From assembly GCA_963704645.1 (NCBI GenBank), contig OY969926.1:192001-256000 (forward strand): DNA of 64,000 nt, given 5' to 3'. This document shows, one piece after another, positions 36,747 to 49,395 of this stretch. The notes under the pieces were generated by a model, which saw only the letters and a program-made list of their open reading frames with translations, searched no databases and had not been told where the DNA came from. A program made the translations under genes and the position numbers. The DNA is from an uncultured bacterium. GTDB lineage: Bacteria; Patescibacteriota; JACMRA01. Position 1 is the first letter of the stretch, and each line of letters starts with the position of its first letter.

Positions 36747-37853
36747 TTACTCTACTTCCTCTGGTATAATTGCTTCTACTTCGGTTTTTTCTTCTATAGA
36801 ATTGATGCTAATTTCAATGTCTAGTAATTCTGAGGCTAAGCGTACGTTCACACCTCTTCTTCCTACTGCTAAAGATGCTTCTTCTGGGTAGCAGAAAATG
36901 TTAACCTTGTTTTCGTTTGTATCAAATTCAATTCTTTCAATTTCAGCTGGTTCCAAAGCATCCATAATCATTTCCTCTAATTCTTCTGGTCTGTTTTCTA
37001 CAACGTCAATTTTTTCAGACATAGTTACAGAAATTTCTCTCATAATGTTAATAATTCTAACATTCTTTCTGCCTAAAATTGTTCCAACTGGATCAACATT
37101 TTCATCTTCTGGAGCTGATACCAAAATTTTACTTCTTACACCTGCTTCACGGGCAATTTTGTCTATTACAACAATTCCTGCTTCAACTTCAGGAACTTCT
37201 TTAGCAATAATGGCTCTTATAAAATCTGGATGTGTTCTAGAAAGCTGCAATCTAGAGTTTCCACGTTCATCTTCACTAATATCTACTATTAGGGCTTTAA
37301 TGTTTTGACCTGGCTTAAACCTATCAGTAGGAAGTAAGTTTTCCTTGGCCATAAAACCACTGGTTTGAGCAAACTTAACAATGTAGCCACCTTTCCTAGA
37401 AAAATCTACTTCAACATTAATTACATCACCAATTTTGTCTTTGAACTGTTGTAAAATTTTTGTATGCTTAACATTGCTAATGCTTTGGCGCAAAACCTGC
37501 TTAGCTACTTGGGAAGCAATTCTACCAAAATTCATATCACTGTCATTAACAACGGGCTTTCTTAGGTTATCACCCATTTGGGCATTAGGATCTGAAAGTC
37601 TGGCTTCAACAAGGCTAATTTCACGAGCTGGATTTAAAACTTCCTCAACAACATGTGTAACTTCGTAAACGGTGTATTTTCCAGTTTGGCTGTTAAAGTC
37701 TCCTTCATAGGCTTTGTCTTTATCACCAAATTCTTTACGGTAAGCTCCGGCAAGCGAAGTTCCAATAGATTTAATAATTTCTTCTGGTTCCAAACCAATT
37801 TCAATTCCCAACAAGTCAATTTGTTCTTGTAGTTCAGCTAAGTTAAAGGGCAT
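36747..37853 (-). CDS. nusA: Transcription termination/antitermination factor NusA
   Basis: FGRIASQVAKQV, S1 domain, EVPEV, AREAGVRSKI, DPVG, EKIDVV, LAVGRRGVNVRLASEL. Likely ATG at 37853. Confidence 0.95.
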   Translation of the reverse strand: MPFNLAELQEQIDLLGIEIGLEPEEIIKSIGTSLAGAYRKEFGDKDKAYEGDFNSQTGKYTVYEVTHVVEEVLNPAREISLVEARLSDPNAQMGDNLRKPVVNDSDMNFGRIASQVAKQVLRQSISNVKHTKILQQFKDKIGDVINVEVDFSRKGGYIVKFAQTSGFMAKENLLPTDRFKPGQNIKALIVDISEDERGNSRLQLSRTHPDFIRAIIAKEVPEVEAGIVVIDKIAREAGVRSKILVSAPEDENVDPVGTILGRKNVRIINIMREISVTMSEKIDVVENRPEELEEMIMDALEPAEIERIEFDTNENKVNIFCYPEEASLAVGRRGVNVRLASELLDIEISINSIEEKTEVEAIIPEEVE

Positions 37854-37898
37854 AGTAATGTGTAAATTTTTTAATGATGAAAAATGTCTAACTAATGT

Positions 37899-37935
37899 AC
37901 CCCTGGTAAGGGGTGAAACCAAAGGTTTCGGGGTA
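37899..37935. repeat. Double-palindrome element upstream of nusA
   Basis: ACCCCT-GGTA-AGGGGT followed by GAAACC-AAA-GGTTTC-GGGGT. Confidence 0.45.
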
Positions 37936-38022
37936 GTCAGCAAAATTTCCTAAATAAAAGAACCTCCAAATCGGGGTTCTATTTAATTTAAATCAATCCA
38001 ACAACTACGGAGTTGTCAAGGA

Positions 38023-38847
38023 TTAATGTGTTTTAATTTGGCATCTAATTCTACCATCAAATTTAGGTGCGGGGTGTTCATCACCAATTAACATAAATTG
38101 CCCAAAGGTTCTATTGTCACTTGAGGATATATTCCCAACATCCTCGCTAATTTTATCTTTTAGCAGTATTGTAGTTGGCCAACCATTATTCAAGTTAATA
38201 GCACTAGGGCTAATTTGGAATGCTAGCCCTGCACCCCAATCTTGTTTACCAATTGAATATTGTTTTGCTTGTCTAAATACATCTGGGCAAGATAATAATG
38301 CTTGTTTAAAAATAAGACCAGGCATTCTACTCTTAATTCTATTAAGGGCTGAATCAAATCCAATCGTGGAATCTTCTCCTGAAGTTCTTGCAATTTCTAC
38401 TTTAAAAGTTGGCACAAGTCCATCTTTATCTGATTTAACATTTTCAAAATCAAAAATGAATTTGGCTCTTATAACCGGGTTCTTAATATAATAAGAACTG
38501 GTTTCAGTGAAAAAAAGAAATTTTCCGATTGTGTATTTATATTCATCCTCATCAAGGCTGATTATTATTTCAGCAGGCGATACTTCTCGCAGTTGTTTAG
38601 CTTGAACAACCATTTTACTCCATTTACCTGATGACTGACCAGGCAAAAAACTAAAGTTAAAACATGATCCATCTAAGCAAACTGTTTTTTTAATAGAGTC
38701 CTTTATTTCCTCTACCTGAGCATTAACTTGTTTGTACAACTCATAGTTCAAGTCAGGAAGAAATTTGTGATACCCAAACCAAGCTAGAACTGGTAATAAA
38801 ATAAACATTACTCGTTTATATTTCCAAGGCTCATACCATTCTCTCAT
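38023..38847 (-). CDS. Membrane-anchored hypothetical protein (SD-led)
   Basis: GGAG-6nt-ATG at 38847 (track start 38871); N-terminal TM; hairpin AGAACC...GGTTCT at 37958-37980. Confidence 0.75.
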   Translation of the reverse strand: MREWYEPWKYKRVMFILLPVLAWFGYHKFLPDLNYELYKQVNAQVEEIKDSIKKTVCLDGSCFNFSFLPGQSSGKWSKMVVQAKQLREVSPAEIIISLDEDEYKYTIGKFLFFTETSSYYIKNPVIRAKFIFDFENVKSDKDGLVPTFKVEIARTSGEDSTIGFDSALNRIKSRMPGLIFKQALLSCPDVFRQAKQYSIGKQDWGAGLAFQISPSAINLNNGWPTTILLKDKISEDVGNISSSDNRTFGQFMLIGDEHPAPKFDGRIRCQIKTH

Positions 38848-38962
38848 TTGTATCTCCAACTTGTTAATCAAATACCCAGCACCTAATTATGAATCACATA
38901 AAAAGGGTATAGTCAAACTTTGGTTAGCAACAAAAAAAGGGCATAATTTGCCCCTTTATAAA

Positions 38963-39169
38963 TTAAAATTTACCAAAAATGTATCTAGCAAGTGTCACTT
39001 TACCAACTATATTTATCTCTTCAGATGGTCCAGGTCTCTTTTCCTCAGAAGGGGCCAAAACCATAGCAGCAATAATGACTGAAAGTAAAAAGATAGCTGA
39101 AATGATTACCAAAGCTTTTTGAAACCAATTAGCATTATCACTATGCATAAAACTGCACCAAATTAACAA
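38963..39169 (-). CDS. Small single-TM hypothetical protein
   Basis: Hydrophobic helix; promoter TTGCAA-17-TATAAA; terminator GGGCA...TGCCC. Confidence 0.5.
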   Translation of the reverse strand: MLIWCSFMHSDNANWFQKALVIISAIFLLSVIIAAMVLAPSEEKRPGPSEEINIVGKVTLARYIFGKF

Positions 39170-39324
39170 ATCTTTTAATTTATAGCATATAATATTTGTT
39201 TTTGCAATTGATCATTGTTTACTAACAAAAAGTAATACTATAGCTTCTAAGCTGGTTATAAAATATTTAGATAAATAAAATGAGCAATTAACAAATAGTT
39301 GAACAGTAAGAATATTATAATTAT

Positions 39325-40274
39325 TTATTTTTTAACGAAATAATTCTTATGTAGGTAGTATATTAAAAATACAGACTGAAATACGAATGTACAAATAAGT
39401 AATGCGAAAACTAAATAATTCAAAAAGTAATAGTTCAGTTCAATACCCAAAAAATAACTTTTATAAAATTTTTCAAAATTTACATTCTCATCGGCCAGAA
39501 TTCCAAAAAATACTAGCGTTAGCAAACAAAGTAGTTCAACTAAAATTGTGTATGGTATAAAAGCTAGTTTAATTTATTTTTTCATATAATTTCTTAATTA
39601 CATCCATGATGTCTTTAGTGCTAAATTTGTTTATTTGTAAATCTAGCTTGTCAATAGCTTACACATTGAAATTTAAAAAAGACAAACCAATAAAAAGCAG
39701 AATTGTTAATGAAATCACATTAATTTTGAAAAGTTTTATGAACATATTATATTATATTTTGTAACGAATATTACCCCAATAGCACCATATCAGCTATCTA
39801 GGGTCAAACAAAAACAATGTTCATATGTTGGACTGTATTGAAAACAAGCGAACAATCTTATGATAGTGTTATAACTCTTAGGTAAAGTTTATTACACCAA
39901 ATAGTTTGAAATTTTGATATAAAATATAAAAATGAGCAATTATCAATTAACGGCTATCTAGTAATATCAAAAAATCTAAAATTCATGTTCATTATTCCAA
40001 ACAAAGTAAATAAAATAAGTAATATTGCCAACACTAAATGAGCTAAAGCTAGCTTATTGTGAGTTTTTCTTAAATACAAATAATATGACAAATTTAAACC
40101 AAATCCAACAATGGCCGCAGCTCCTAAATTGTAATATTAACTAATAATATGCAAAGGCTGGTTTATTATTTCAGCAGTTTCTTTTGAAGTTACAGAATAC
40201 AAATACAAAACAATAATTGCTGCACAGTTGGCAAGATAAATTAAATATGTTTTCAGGGTTGTAGTTTGCTTCAT
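39325..40274 (-). pseudogene. Decayed membrane-protein gene(s)
   Basis: From ATG 40274: MKQTTTLKTYLIYLANCAAIIVLYLY...HIIS*YYNLGAAAIVGFGL...FDITR*; further hydrophobic fragments down to 39325. Confidence 0.55.
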
Positions 40275-40382
40275 ATATTAGTACTAAAAGTAAAATCGAA
40301 ATTAATCAATTCCATTTACAATGCATTTCACCAAAAAATAAATCCCCAACCGTTGCTGGGGAAATTAAAGAGTGAAATATTT

Positions 40383-40790
40383 CTAAAGATCTAAAACAAA
40401 TTGAACTACGTCTTCCAAATCTTCATGTGATAAACTTTCACAACCACTTTCGGGACAAGACAAGAATTTGGCATGATTATTTTGAGCTATCATATAAGAA
40501 ACCTTATCAAAAAATGCTTGATCTTTGCCAAGTCGAAATAAACAACGATCTAGTAAAATACTATTAGGGTCAAACCCAATCTTTTCTTTCATCCAAGAAA
40601 GAGTTTGGTTAAGGTCATTTGAAACCATAATACCAGGAATAGAATAAATTACCTGTTCATTTGATTGAGTAAAAATACATGCAGGATTAGAAAATAAGAA
40701 AGGAAATACTTCAAAATTATTGGTTCTAAGCAATTCAGCAATTATACTCAAATTATCAATTTCACTATCAACAACAGCAATTATCTTCAA
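40383..40790 (-). CDS. Single-domain response-regulator receiver-like protein (degenerate)
   Basis: IIAVVDSE, LLRTNNFEV, PNSILLD; GGAGG-6nt-TTG start. Confidence 0.65.
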   Translation of the reverse strand: MKIIAVVDSEIDNLSIIAELLRTNNFEVFPFLFSNPACIFTQSNEQVIYSIPGIMVSNDLNQTLSWMKEKIGFDPNSILLDRCLFRLGKDQAFFDKVSYMIAQNNHAKFLSCPESGCESLSHEDLEDVVQFVLDL

Positions 40791-40964
40791 AATTAACCTC
40801 CATAAAACTTAGCAAAAATAATAAACCTTCTCAAGTTTGAATGATTAATTATAATTTAGTCAATTATGTTGGTTGTAATTCCATGGCGAAGCATAAATAT
40901 TAAATTTTAAACAAAAAAATAAATCCCCAACCGATGTTGGGGGGGTGATAACCTCAAAAATATT

Positions 40965-41420
40965 TTAAGAAAAAAATGATTCTACTAGACTTAATAGATT
41001 CTGCTCTGCTTCCAACTTCATATCTTCATCATTAGAACGCAAATCATCTTTATCCTGGAATCTCGGGAATTTCCAACTTGCTGGTGGTGTTGATGAAGTG
41101 GACAAAAAATTGGCCTGGCATCCTCTTATTCTTTGATAAACATCATCGCCAGAAAATGGCTCTGACATTGATCCAAATAGAAAATAGTCTAGCAAAATTA
41201 GATTAGGCTGAACCTCATGGAATTTAGAAATAATTTCTGAAAAATTAACTGTGATTAACAGATTTGGTAGAGAGTCAACCCACTCCTGAGAGGAAATAAC
41301 AGAAGAAGAATTTGATTTTGTGACCCATATAGGATAAACCTCATAGCCTGCATTTTGTAATACTGCAACAATTGCAGCTAAGATACCTTTAACATCTTCA
41401 ATGACGAAAATTTTAACCAA
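40965..41420 (-). CDS. Single-domain response-regulator receiver protein
   Basis: KIFVIED, LQNAGYEV, PNLILLD, SGDDV, FLSTS, DK; GGAG-8nt-TTG start; promoter TTGACT-18-TACACT. Confidence 0.75.
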   Translation of the reverse strand: MVKIFVIEDVKGILAAIVAVLQNAGYEVYPIWVTKSNSSSVISSQEWVDSLPNLLITVNFSEIISKFHEVQPNLILLDYFLFGSMSEPFSGDDVYQRIRGCQANFLSTSSTPPASWKFPRFQDKDDLRSNDEDMKLEAEQNLLSLVESFFS

Positions 41421-41977
41421 AGTCCTAACTCCGTGAATTTCAAATTTAGAAAAGAAATATCTAAATCTCTTCCAGTGTATGCACTTATTTATGCTTTAGT
41501 CAATTGTATAAAAGGTTTCTTGAGAATTAAATATTTGATTTATGGATACATATAAAACTATATTTTTATGAAACAGCATTCGATATATTTAAGTAGAATA
41601 TTAATTTATTGCTAGAAACAATTGGTATTGGATCATAATTCGAAGAAAGCATCTTAAATTGTTTATGTTTAAATTTCAAGAATAGACTTAATTAATAATA
41701 AACTTAGTACAGTGTAAAATGACTTCATATAAGTTAAAATAAAAGCATTGATAGAGATAAATAATACACTTTTATATTTCGTAGATTCAATGAGCAAATT
41801 AGTACTATTATTAAAGAAAGCTTAAAAATTTATGAAAATTTAGTGCGGTGGTACATCCCATCAACCTACGATTGGTACCTCTCTATTTAGGGAAATGATT
41901 ATTTTTAGGAAAAAGTGTAAAATTAGTTTTCAAATTATTCATAGTATACCTGATCTCCAATATCGTAATTTAGAAAT

Positions 41978-42000
41978 AAATAAAACCCGATTACGGGGAA
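41978..42000 (-). terminator. Putative terminator of the 23S transcript
   Basis: Minus strand CCCG-TAAT-CGGG-TTTTATTT. Confidence 0.5.
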
Positions 42001-42073
42001 ATATTTAAAAACTGTAGTTTTTCAACTTACAGCTGGATTTTAGCGTTCTTGTTTTAAATTAAAAAACTAGAAA

Positions 42074-45112
<3,039 letters not shown>

Positions 45113-45194
45113 TTTATAGATCTTTAATTTTTTTCGAACTTACACGGTTATTAAGATTTAGTATTGCTACTACTCTTACTACCGCGATTTCTTA

Positions 45195-45216
45195 CTAAAA
45201 TCCAGCTGTAAATTGA
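45195..45216 (-). other. 5' arm of the 23S processing stem (pairs with 42022-42043)
   Basis: CTAAAATCCAGCTGTAA (45195-45211) is the exact reverse complement of 42027-42043; extends to 22 bp with one G-U pair. Confidence 0.85.
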
Positions 45217-45275
45217 CTATCTAAAGTGCTGAATATTAGCATATTAGTAGCTCTTTAAAAGAGACAAAAAATTCT

Positions 45276-46025
45276 TCACTTGTCAAGTAATATTTTGAAT
45301 TGAGTGTTAAACTTGTCTTTTAAACTTTGTAAATGTGTCTTTAAATACACATCTTTTGTCATTCCTTGACTAGCATTTTTTGTGTGAAACCTGTGAATAT
45401 GACTTACAAAATTTACATAAATTGGCATTTCTTTATGTAATAAAAACCTTGTATATAAATCTATATCCTCGGATCCAGCAAAATTTTCGTCCATACAACC
45501 TACTTTATTAAACAATTCCTTTTTAAAAATAGTGTTAAACTGTATAAAGTGATCACCCTTAAAAATTGATTTAAGCATATCTTCAGCACTATTAAAATTC
45601 CAGCTATAGTAATCTTGGCCAATTAAATACCTTCTATTTTCATCCATTCTCAAAAAATCTGCTACAAACCAATTTGTATTTTGATTTGCTTGAATTGCTG
45701 TTGCAAAATTATACAATGTTCTTTGTAGAATTATATCGTCGTCGTCTAAAACAAAAATCCATTCGTATTTTGCTTTTTCTATTGCTATATTTAAGGCTTT
45801 TTTTCTTCCAAAATTTTGCCCAAAGTCTAGATATGTACAGTCTATATCTTTAGGAACGTATTTATTCCAGACATCATATATCTCTTGTTTTCCGCTATCG
45901 TTTAAAAAAACTAATTCAAATTTAATATTTAACGGCTCATTTATAATTGCTTCAATGCTAGATAAAGTATCTTTTAAAAATTCTGGCTTAAAAGCTGTTG
46001 TTATAATTGAAATATTTGTACTCAT
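45276..46025 (-). CDS. Glycosyltransferase family 2
   Basis: ISIITTAF, LNDS, WIFVLDDDDI (DxD), SEDIDL. Confidence 0.9.
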   Translation of the reverse strand: MSTNISIITTAFKPEFLKDTLSSIEAIINEPLNIKFELVFLNDSGKQEIYDVWNKYVPKDIDCTYLDFGQNFGRKKALNIAIEKAKYEWIFVLDDDDIILQRTLYNFATAIQANQNTNWFVADFLRMDENRRYLIGQDYYSWNFNSAEDMLKSIFKGDHFIQFNTIFKKELFNKVGCMDENFAGSEDIDLYTRFLLHKEMPIYVNFVSHIHRFHTKNASQGMTKDVYLKTHLQSLKDKFNTQFKILLDK

Positions 46026-46031
46026 TATTTG

Positions 46032-46060
46032 TTTATATCATAAATGCAGGGTGGGGTCAA
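46032..46060 (-). promoter_or_regulatory. Sigma70-type promoter predicting a leaderless GT2 mRNA
   Basis: TTGACC-17-TATAAA with TG extension, then 6 nt and the ATG. Confidence 0.65.
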
Positions 46061-46148
46061 AAAATTGCTATATCTTGAAATTTGTGCTTCATAATGAGTA
46101 TTCTTTTGAAATATAGAGATGTATTTTAGTTTAGTTGGAGAATTTTAG

Positions 46149-46508
46149 ATGAATACTAACACTTCCTTAGAAAAACATAAAGTTTTGCTAGTTGAGGGTT
46201 ATTTACAGCGAATGTATATTGTACCACCTCGCCAAGAGCAAGCTTTTAGCCAAATTTTAATAGATGCAAAGTATGAACTTGTCTATATTAACTCTTGGGA
46301 TGTAAACCACAAAGCTTTGAATTTTTATAATCCCTACTTTAGGCTTATTCTTCAGTTGTTTTATACTATACTAACTGGAGAATCTAGTACAGATAATGCA
46401 CTTTCAGTCTCAATTCCAATTTTTATTGTATTGCATGCAGAAATGGTAGACGAACCAACCTTTGCTTTAATTTCACACCAATTTCAGGTGCTTTATTATA
46501 CTTTGTAG
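46149..46508 (+). CDS. Hypothetical protein, possible degenerate receiver domain (SD-led)
   Basis: GGAG-8nt-ATG; HKVLLVEG...ILIDAKYELVYI; hairpin at 46528-46555. Confidence 0.6.
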   Translation: MNTNTSLEKHKVLLVEGYLQRMYIVPPRQEQAFSQILIDAKYELVYINSWDVNHKALNFYNPYFRLILQLFYTILTGESSTDNALSVSIPIFIVLHAEMVDEPTFALISHQFQVLYYTL

Positions 46509-46715
46509 ACAATAACTGAAGCCACTTACCCCTCCCTTGAGGCGGTATTTCTTTTTGGGGATATTTTGAAGGTTTATTGGTTTTAGATCCTGAAATAATT
46601 TCAGAATACAGCTCAACAAGTTTAGCATGAAAAATAAATTAATTTTGAAACAAAACAACACCCCAAAGGGTGCTTACACAAGTTTCTTTTAAAAATATAA
46701 GGATAATAATTGTAT

Positions 46716-46806
46716 TTCTACGCTTGTACCTCGCAAGCTTCGCCGATACGGGAGGACAAATCCTTCCCCTGCATAATTATTATGGCGACGCGGGGATCGC
46801 CCCTAC
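46716..46806 (-). repeat. Cluster of three palindromic elements (BIME-like)
   Basis: Minus strand GTAGGGGCGATCCCCGCGTCGCC, GCAGGGGAAGGATTTGTCCTCCC and GCTTGCGAGGTACAAGC. Confidence 0.6.
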
Positions 46807-46811
46807 TGTTT

Positions 46812-48080
46812 TTACCTGCTTACTAGGGTGAAGGCTTTTCCGAATTTACCGGCTCTGCCTGTTCTACCAATGCGGTGAATGTAATCTTCGTAGCTCATTG
46901 GTTCGTCGTAGTTAACAACGAAGTTAATATCGCTAACGTCAATTCCTCTGGCTGCAACGTCGGTAGCTACCAAAACGTCAATTTGAGTTTGTCTGAATTT
47001 CTTCAAAGCAATTTCGCGGTGCTTTTGGGTTTTTCCACCATGAATGAAATCTGTAACATAACCGTTTTGCCCTAAATTAGAAGCAATCTGTTCAGCCATA
47101 ATTTGTGTATTTACGAAAACTAGGGTTTTGTTCTTTCCTTCAGCTCTTAAAATATCGAATAAGGCTTCCATTTTTTGGTCATGTCTGTTAACCATAATTG
47201 CTTGCTGATGAACGAATTGACTTGGCTTAGGCTGGTTCAATTGAATATAGTGAGCGTCTGAGGTAAGTCTGTTAATAGTAGGTTGAACTTTCTTGTCTAA
47301 AGTAGCAGAGAAGAACAAGTTTTGATGCTTTTCAGGAATGTTACTAAACAACAAGTTAATGTCATCAGAAAAACCCATGTCTAACATTCTATCCATTTCG
47401 TCTAAAACTACTGCGTCAACGTATTCAAGCTTCAAACAGCCACGGTTAAACAAATCTACTAAACGTCCTGGGGTTCCAATAATAAAGTGATTTGCTCTAC
47501 TTAGACCACGCATTTGAGGACCCATTGAAGCTCCACCAATACAAGTTTGAACGAAAATTCTTAACTTTCTTAAATCGAAGGCCATTAATTCTTTTTCAAT
47601 TTGCAAAGCAAGTTCACGTGTTGGGGCAACTATTAAATTAACCTGAGTTTGGTTATTTTTAGCGTGAGCAATAGTTTGTTCCAATAATGGAATTAAAAAT
47701 GCACCTGTTTTACCAGAACCAGTCTGAGATACAGCTACAATATCCTTACCAGATAAAACCACTGGGATAGATAGTGCTTGAATTTCTGTTGGACTTTCAT
47801 AGCCTCTAGTAATTAAAGATTCTAAAATTTCTGGAGCAAGATTTAAATCTTTGAAACTACCAAAGTCTTTTTTGTCTTCAATTATTGTAAGCTCAGCTTC
47901 ATTAACTGTTTGAGAGTATAAAGAAATATCTAATGTATCTCCTCTTCGTCCTCTACCTCTTCCGCCGCCACCACGACCAGAGTTAAAACCTGAACGGCCT
48001 CCACCAAAACTTCTTCCACCACCTCTATTAAAATTGGAGCGACCACCAAAGCCTCCTCCTGATTGAGAATTATAATTCAT
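46812..48080 (-). CDS. DEAD-box RNA helicase with RGG-rich N-terminus
   Basis: PTEIQ, SQTGSGKT, PTRELALQ, TPGRL, DEMD, SAT, ARGID, HRIGRTGRAG. Likely ATG 48080 (track 48113). Confidence 0.95.
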   Translation of the reverse strand: MNYNSQSGGGFGGRSNFNRGGGRSFGGGRSGFNSGRGGGGRGRGRRGDTLDISLYSQTVNEAELTIIEDKKDFGSFKDLNLAPEILESLITRGYESPTEIQALSIPVVLSGKDIVAVSQTGSGKTGAFLIPLLEQTIAHAKNNQTQVNLIVAPTRELALQIEKELMAFDLRKLRIFVQTCIGGASMGPQMRGLSRANHFIIGTPGRLVDLFNRGCLKLEYVDAVVLDEMDRMLDMGFSDDINLLFSNIPEKHQNLFFSATLDKKVQPTINRLTSDAHYIQLNQPKPSQFVHQQAIMVNRHDQKMEALFDILRAEGKNKTLVFVNTQIMAEQIASNLGQNGYVTDFIHGGKTQKHREIALKKFRQTQIDVLVATDVAARGIDVSDINFVVNYDEPMSYEDYIHRIGRTGRAGKFGKAFTLVSR

Positions 48081-48319
48081 ATAAGTAAATAACGTTATTG
48101 CAGAACTAACCAAAGCAAAACAATAAGTTACTACTTCAATTTGTGCAATTGATTTAATTTAAATGAAGCTTTCAATTTTTGTAAAGGTAATTTGTGTAAC
48201 AACTAAATAATGCTAGTGATAATAAAGAAAATATTCTTCACCATGATACTTGCAATTATTAAAAAAATATGCATATATTAAAAAGATTTGGTAAAATAAA
48301 ACAATTATTTGGAGATAAA

Positions 48320-48649
48320 ATGATTAGAACAAAGCTAAATTCAGTTTTGATTCCGTTTTTTTTAGCTATCACTGCTTCTTTGCAAACCCCATTTATTGCA
48401 GATGCAGCTTCAAAGGCTGACCTAGAAGCTGGGAAAGCATTTATAGAAACTCTTGGGTTCTATTTCCTAACCTGCTGGGGTTTATCAAGTTTGATAATCT
48501 TAGGCTTGAGGACAATAGGCAAACAAAAAGAGTTTATACCATCTATTTTTTTTGCCCTTTTCTTTGGTCTTTTTGCAGGGTATGGCCTTGCTGCAAAAGG
48601 AATGATTTGGCTTTCTTTCATCATTGGAATCTTAGCATTAATGTTGTAA
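48320..48649 (+). CDS. Small membrane protein (SD-led)
   Basis: GGAG-5nt-ATG at 48320; signal peptide and 3 TMs; terminator AAATAGCT...AGCTATTT at 48653-48684. Confidence 0.7.
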   Translation: MIRTKLNSVLIPFFLAITASLQTPFIADAASKADLEAGKAFIETLGFYFLTCWGLSSLIILGLRTIGKQKEFIPSIFFALFFGLFAGYGLAAKGMIWLSFIIGILALML

Positions 48650-48683
48650 CACAAATAGCTCTCTTAAAATGGGAGCTATTTTT

Positions 48684-49052
48684 TTACAAAATTGTAACCA
48701 GCTTAACGGTAAAAACCAATGTTGAATTAGCAGGAATTAAACCTGGAATTTCACGTTCGCCATAGGCTAAATTAGAAGGAATAGTTAATTTTCTTTCACC
48801 TCCAACTTGTAAACCTTTTACATTTTCCAACCCAGTTCCTGTAATTCCCATATCCCACCCTTTAATTACTTGACCAACACCAATAGTAATATCTAACGGC
48901 TGATTTCTAGAATAAGAGCTATCAAATTCTGAACCATCTACTAAAGTTCCAACGTAATGAATTAAAATATCATCTCCAACTTTAACTTCCGGACCGGTTC
49001 CAACAATAATATCTTCTATAATTAAATCTGAGTTTGGGTTTGAATTAGGCAT
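48684..49052 (-). CDS. FKBP-type peptidyl-prolyl isomerase
   Basis: HYVGTLVDGSEFDSS, VIKGWD, GGERKLTIPSNLAYG, IPANSTLVF. Confidence 0.95.
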   Translation of the reverse strand: MPNSNPNSDLIIEDIIVGTGPEVKVGDDILIHYVGTLVDGSEFDSSYSRNQPLDITIGVGQVIKGWDMGITGTGLENVKGLQVGGERKLTIPSNLAYGEREIPGLIPANSTLVFTVKLVTIL

Positions 49053-49176
49053 AAAAATTATTTATATAAAAGTTAAAACAGTCACAGCAATTTTGGCAAG
49101 AAGCTAAGGCAGTAAATTGGACATAAAAACTAAGCTTAGCTGTAATAAGAGTGTAATGTAGTGTGAGTGAGTTTTG

Positions 49177-49308
49177 ATGTTCAACTGGGGTTTGCTGCTA
49201 AGAGCCATCATAATTACTATATCAATAGTAGCTTATTCTCAAAATTCCAATGTTAATGCAGGTGATAGTAGCATTAAAGACAATTCAAGTTTAGTTAAAG
49301 ATAATTGA
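49177..49308 (+). CDS. Putative 43-aa secreted peptide
   Basis: MFNWGLLLRAIIITISIVAYSQNSNVNAGDSSIKDNSSLVKDN; hairpin GACTTC-TTATT-GAAGTC follows. Confidence 0.4.
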   Translation: MFNWGLLLRAIIITISIVAYSQNSNVNAGDSSIKDNSSLVKDN

Positions 49309-49395
49309 AACTTATAGGACTTCTTATTGAAGTCTTATTTTATTTCCCTAAACTCTCTTAAACTATTGTGAAAGAAAAATTTTGTAATTTAACTT

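Noticed and set aside
37854-37943. 30-aa N-terminal extension of NusA in the ORF track
   Set aside because: It runs through a palindromic element; ATG 37853 matches the usual NusA start.
38861-39082. 73-aa plus-strand ORF
   Set aside because: Overlaps promoter, terminator and a better-supported minus-strand gene.
41500-42070. 5S rRNA downstream of 23S
   Set aside because: No 5S hallmarks (CCGAAC loop, GATGGTA/GAGAGTAGG); region is very AT-rich.
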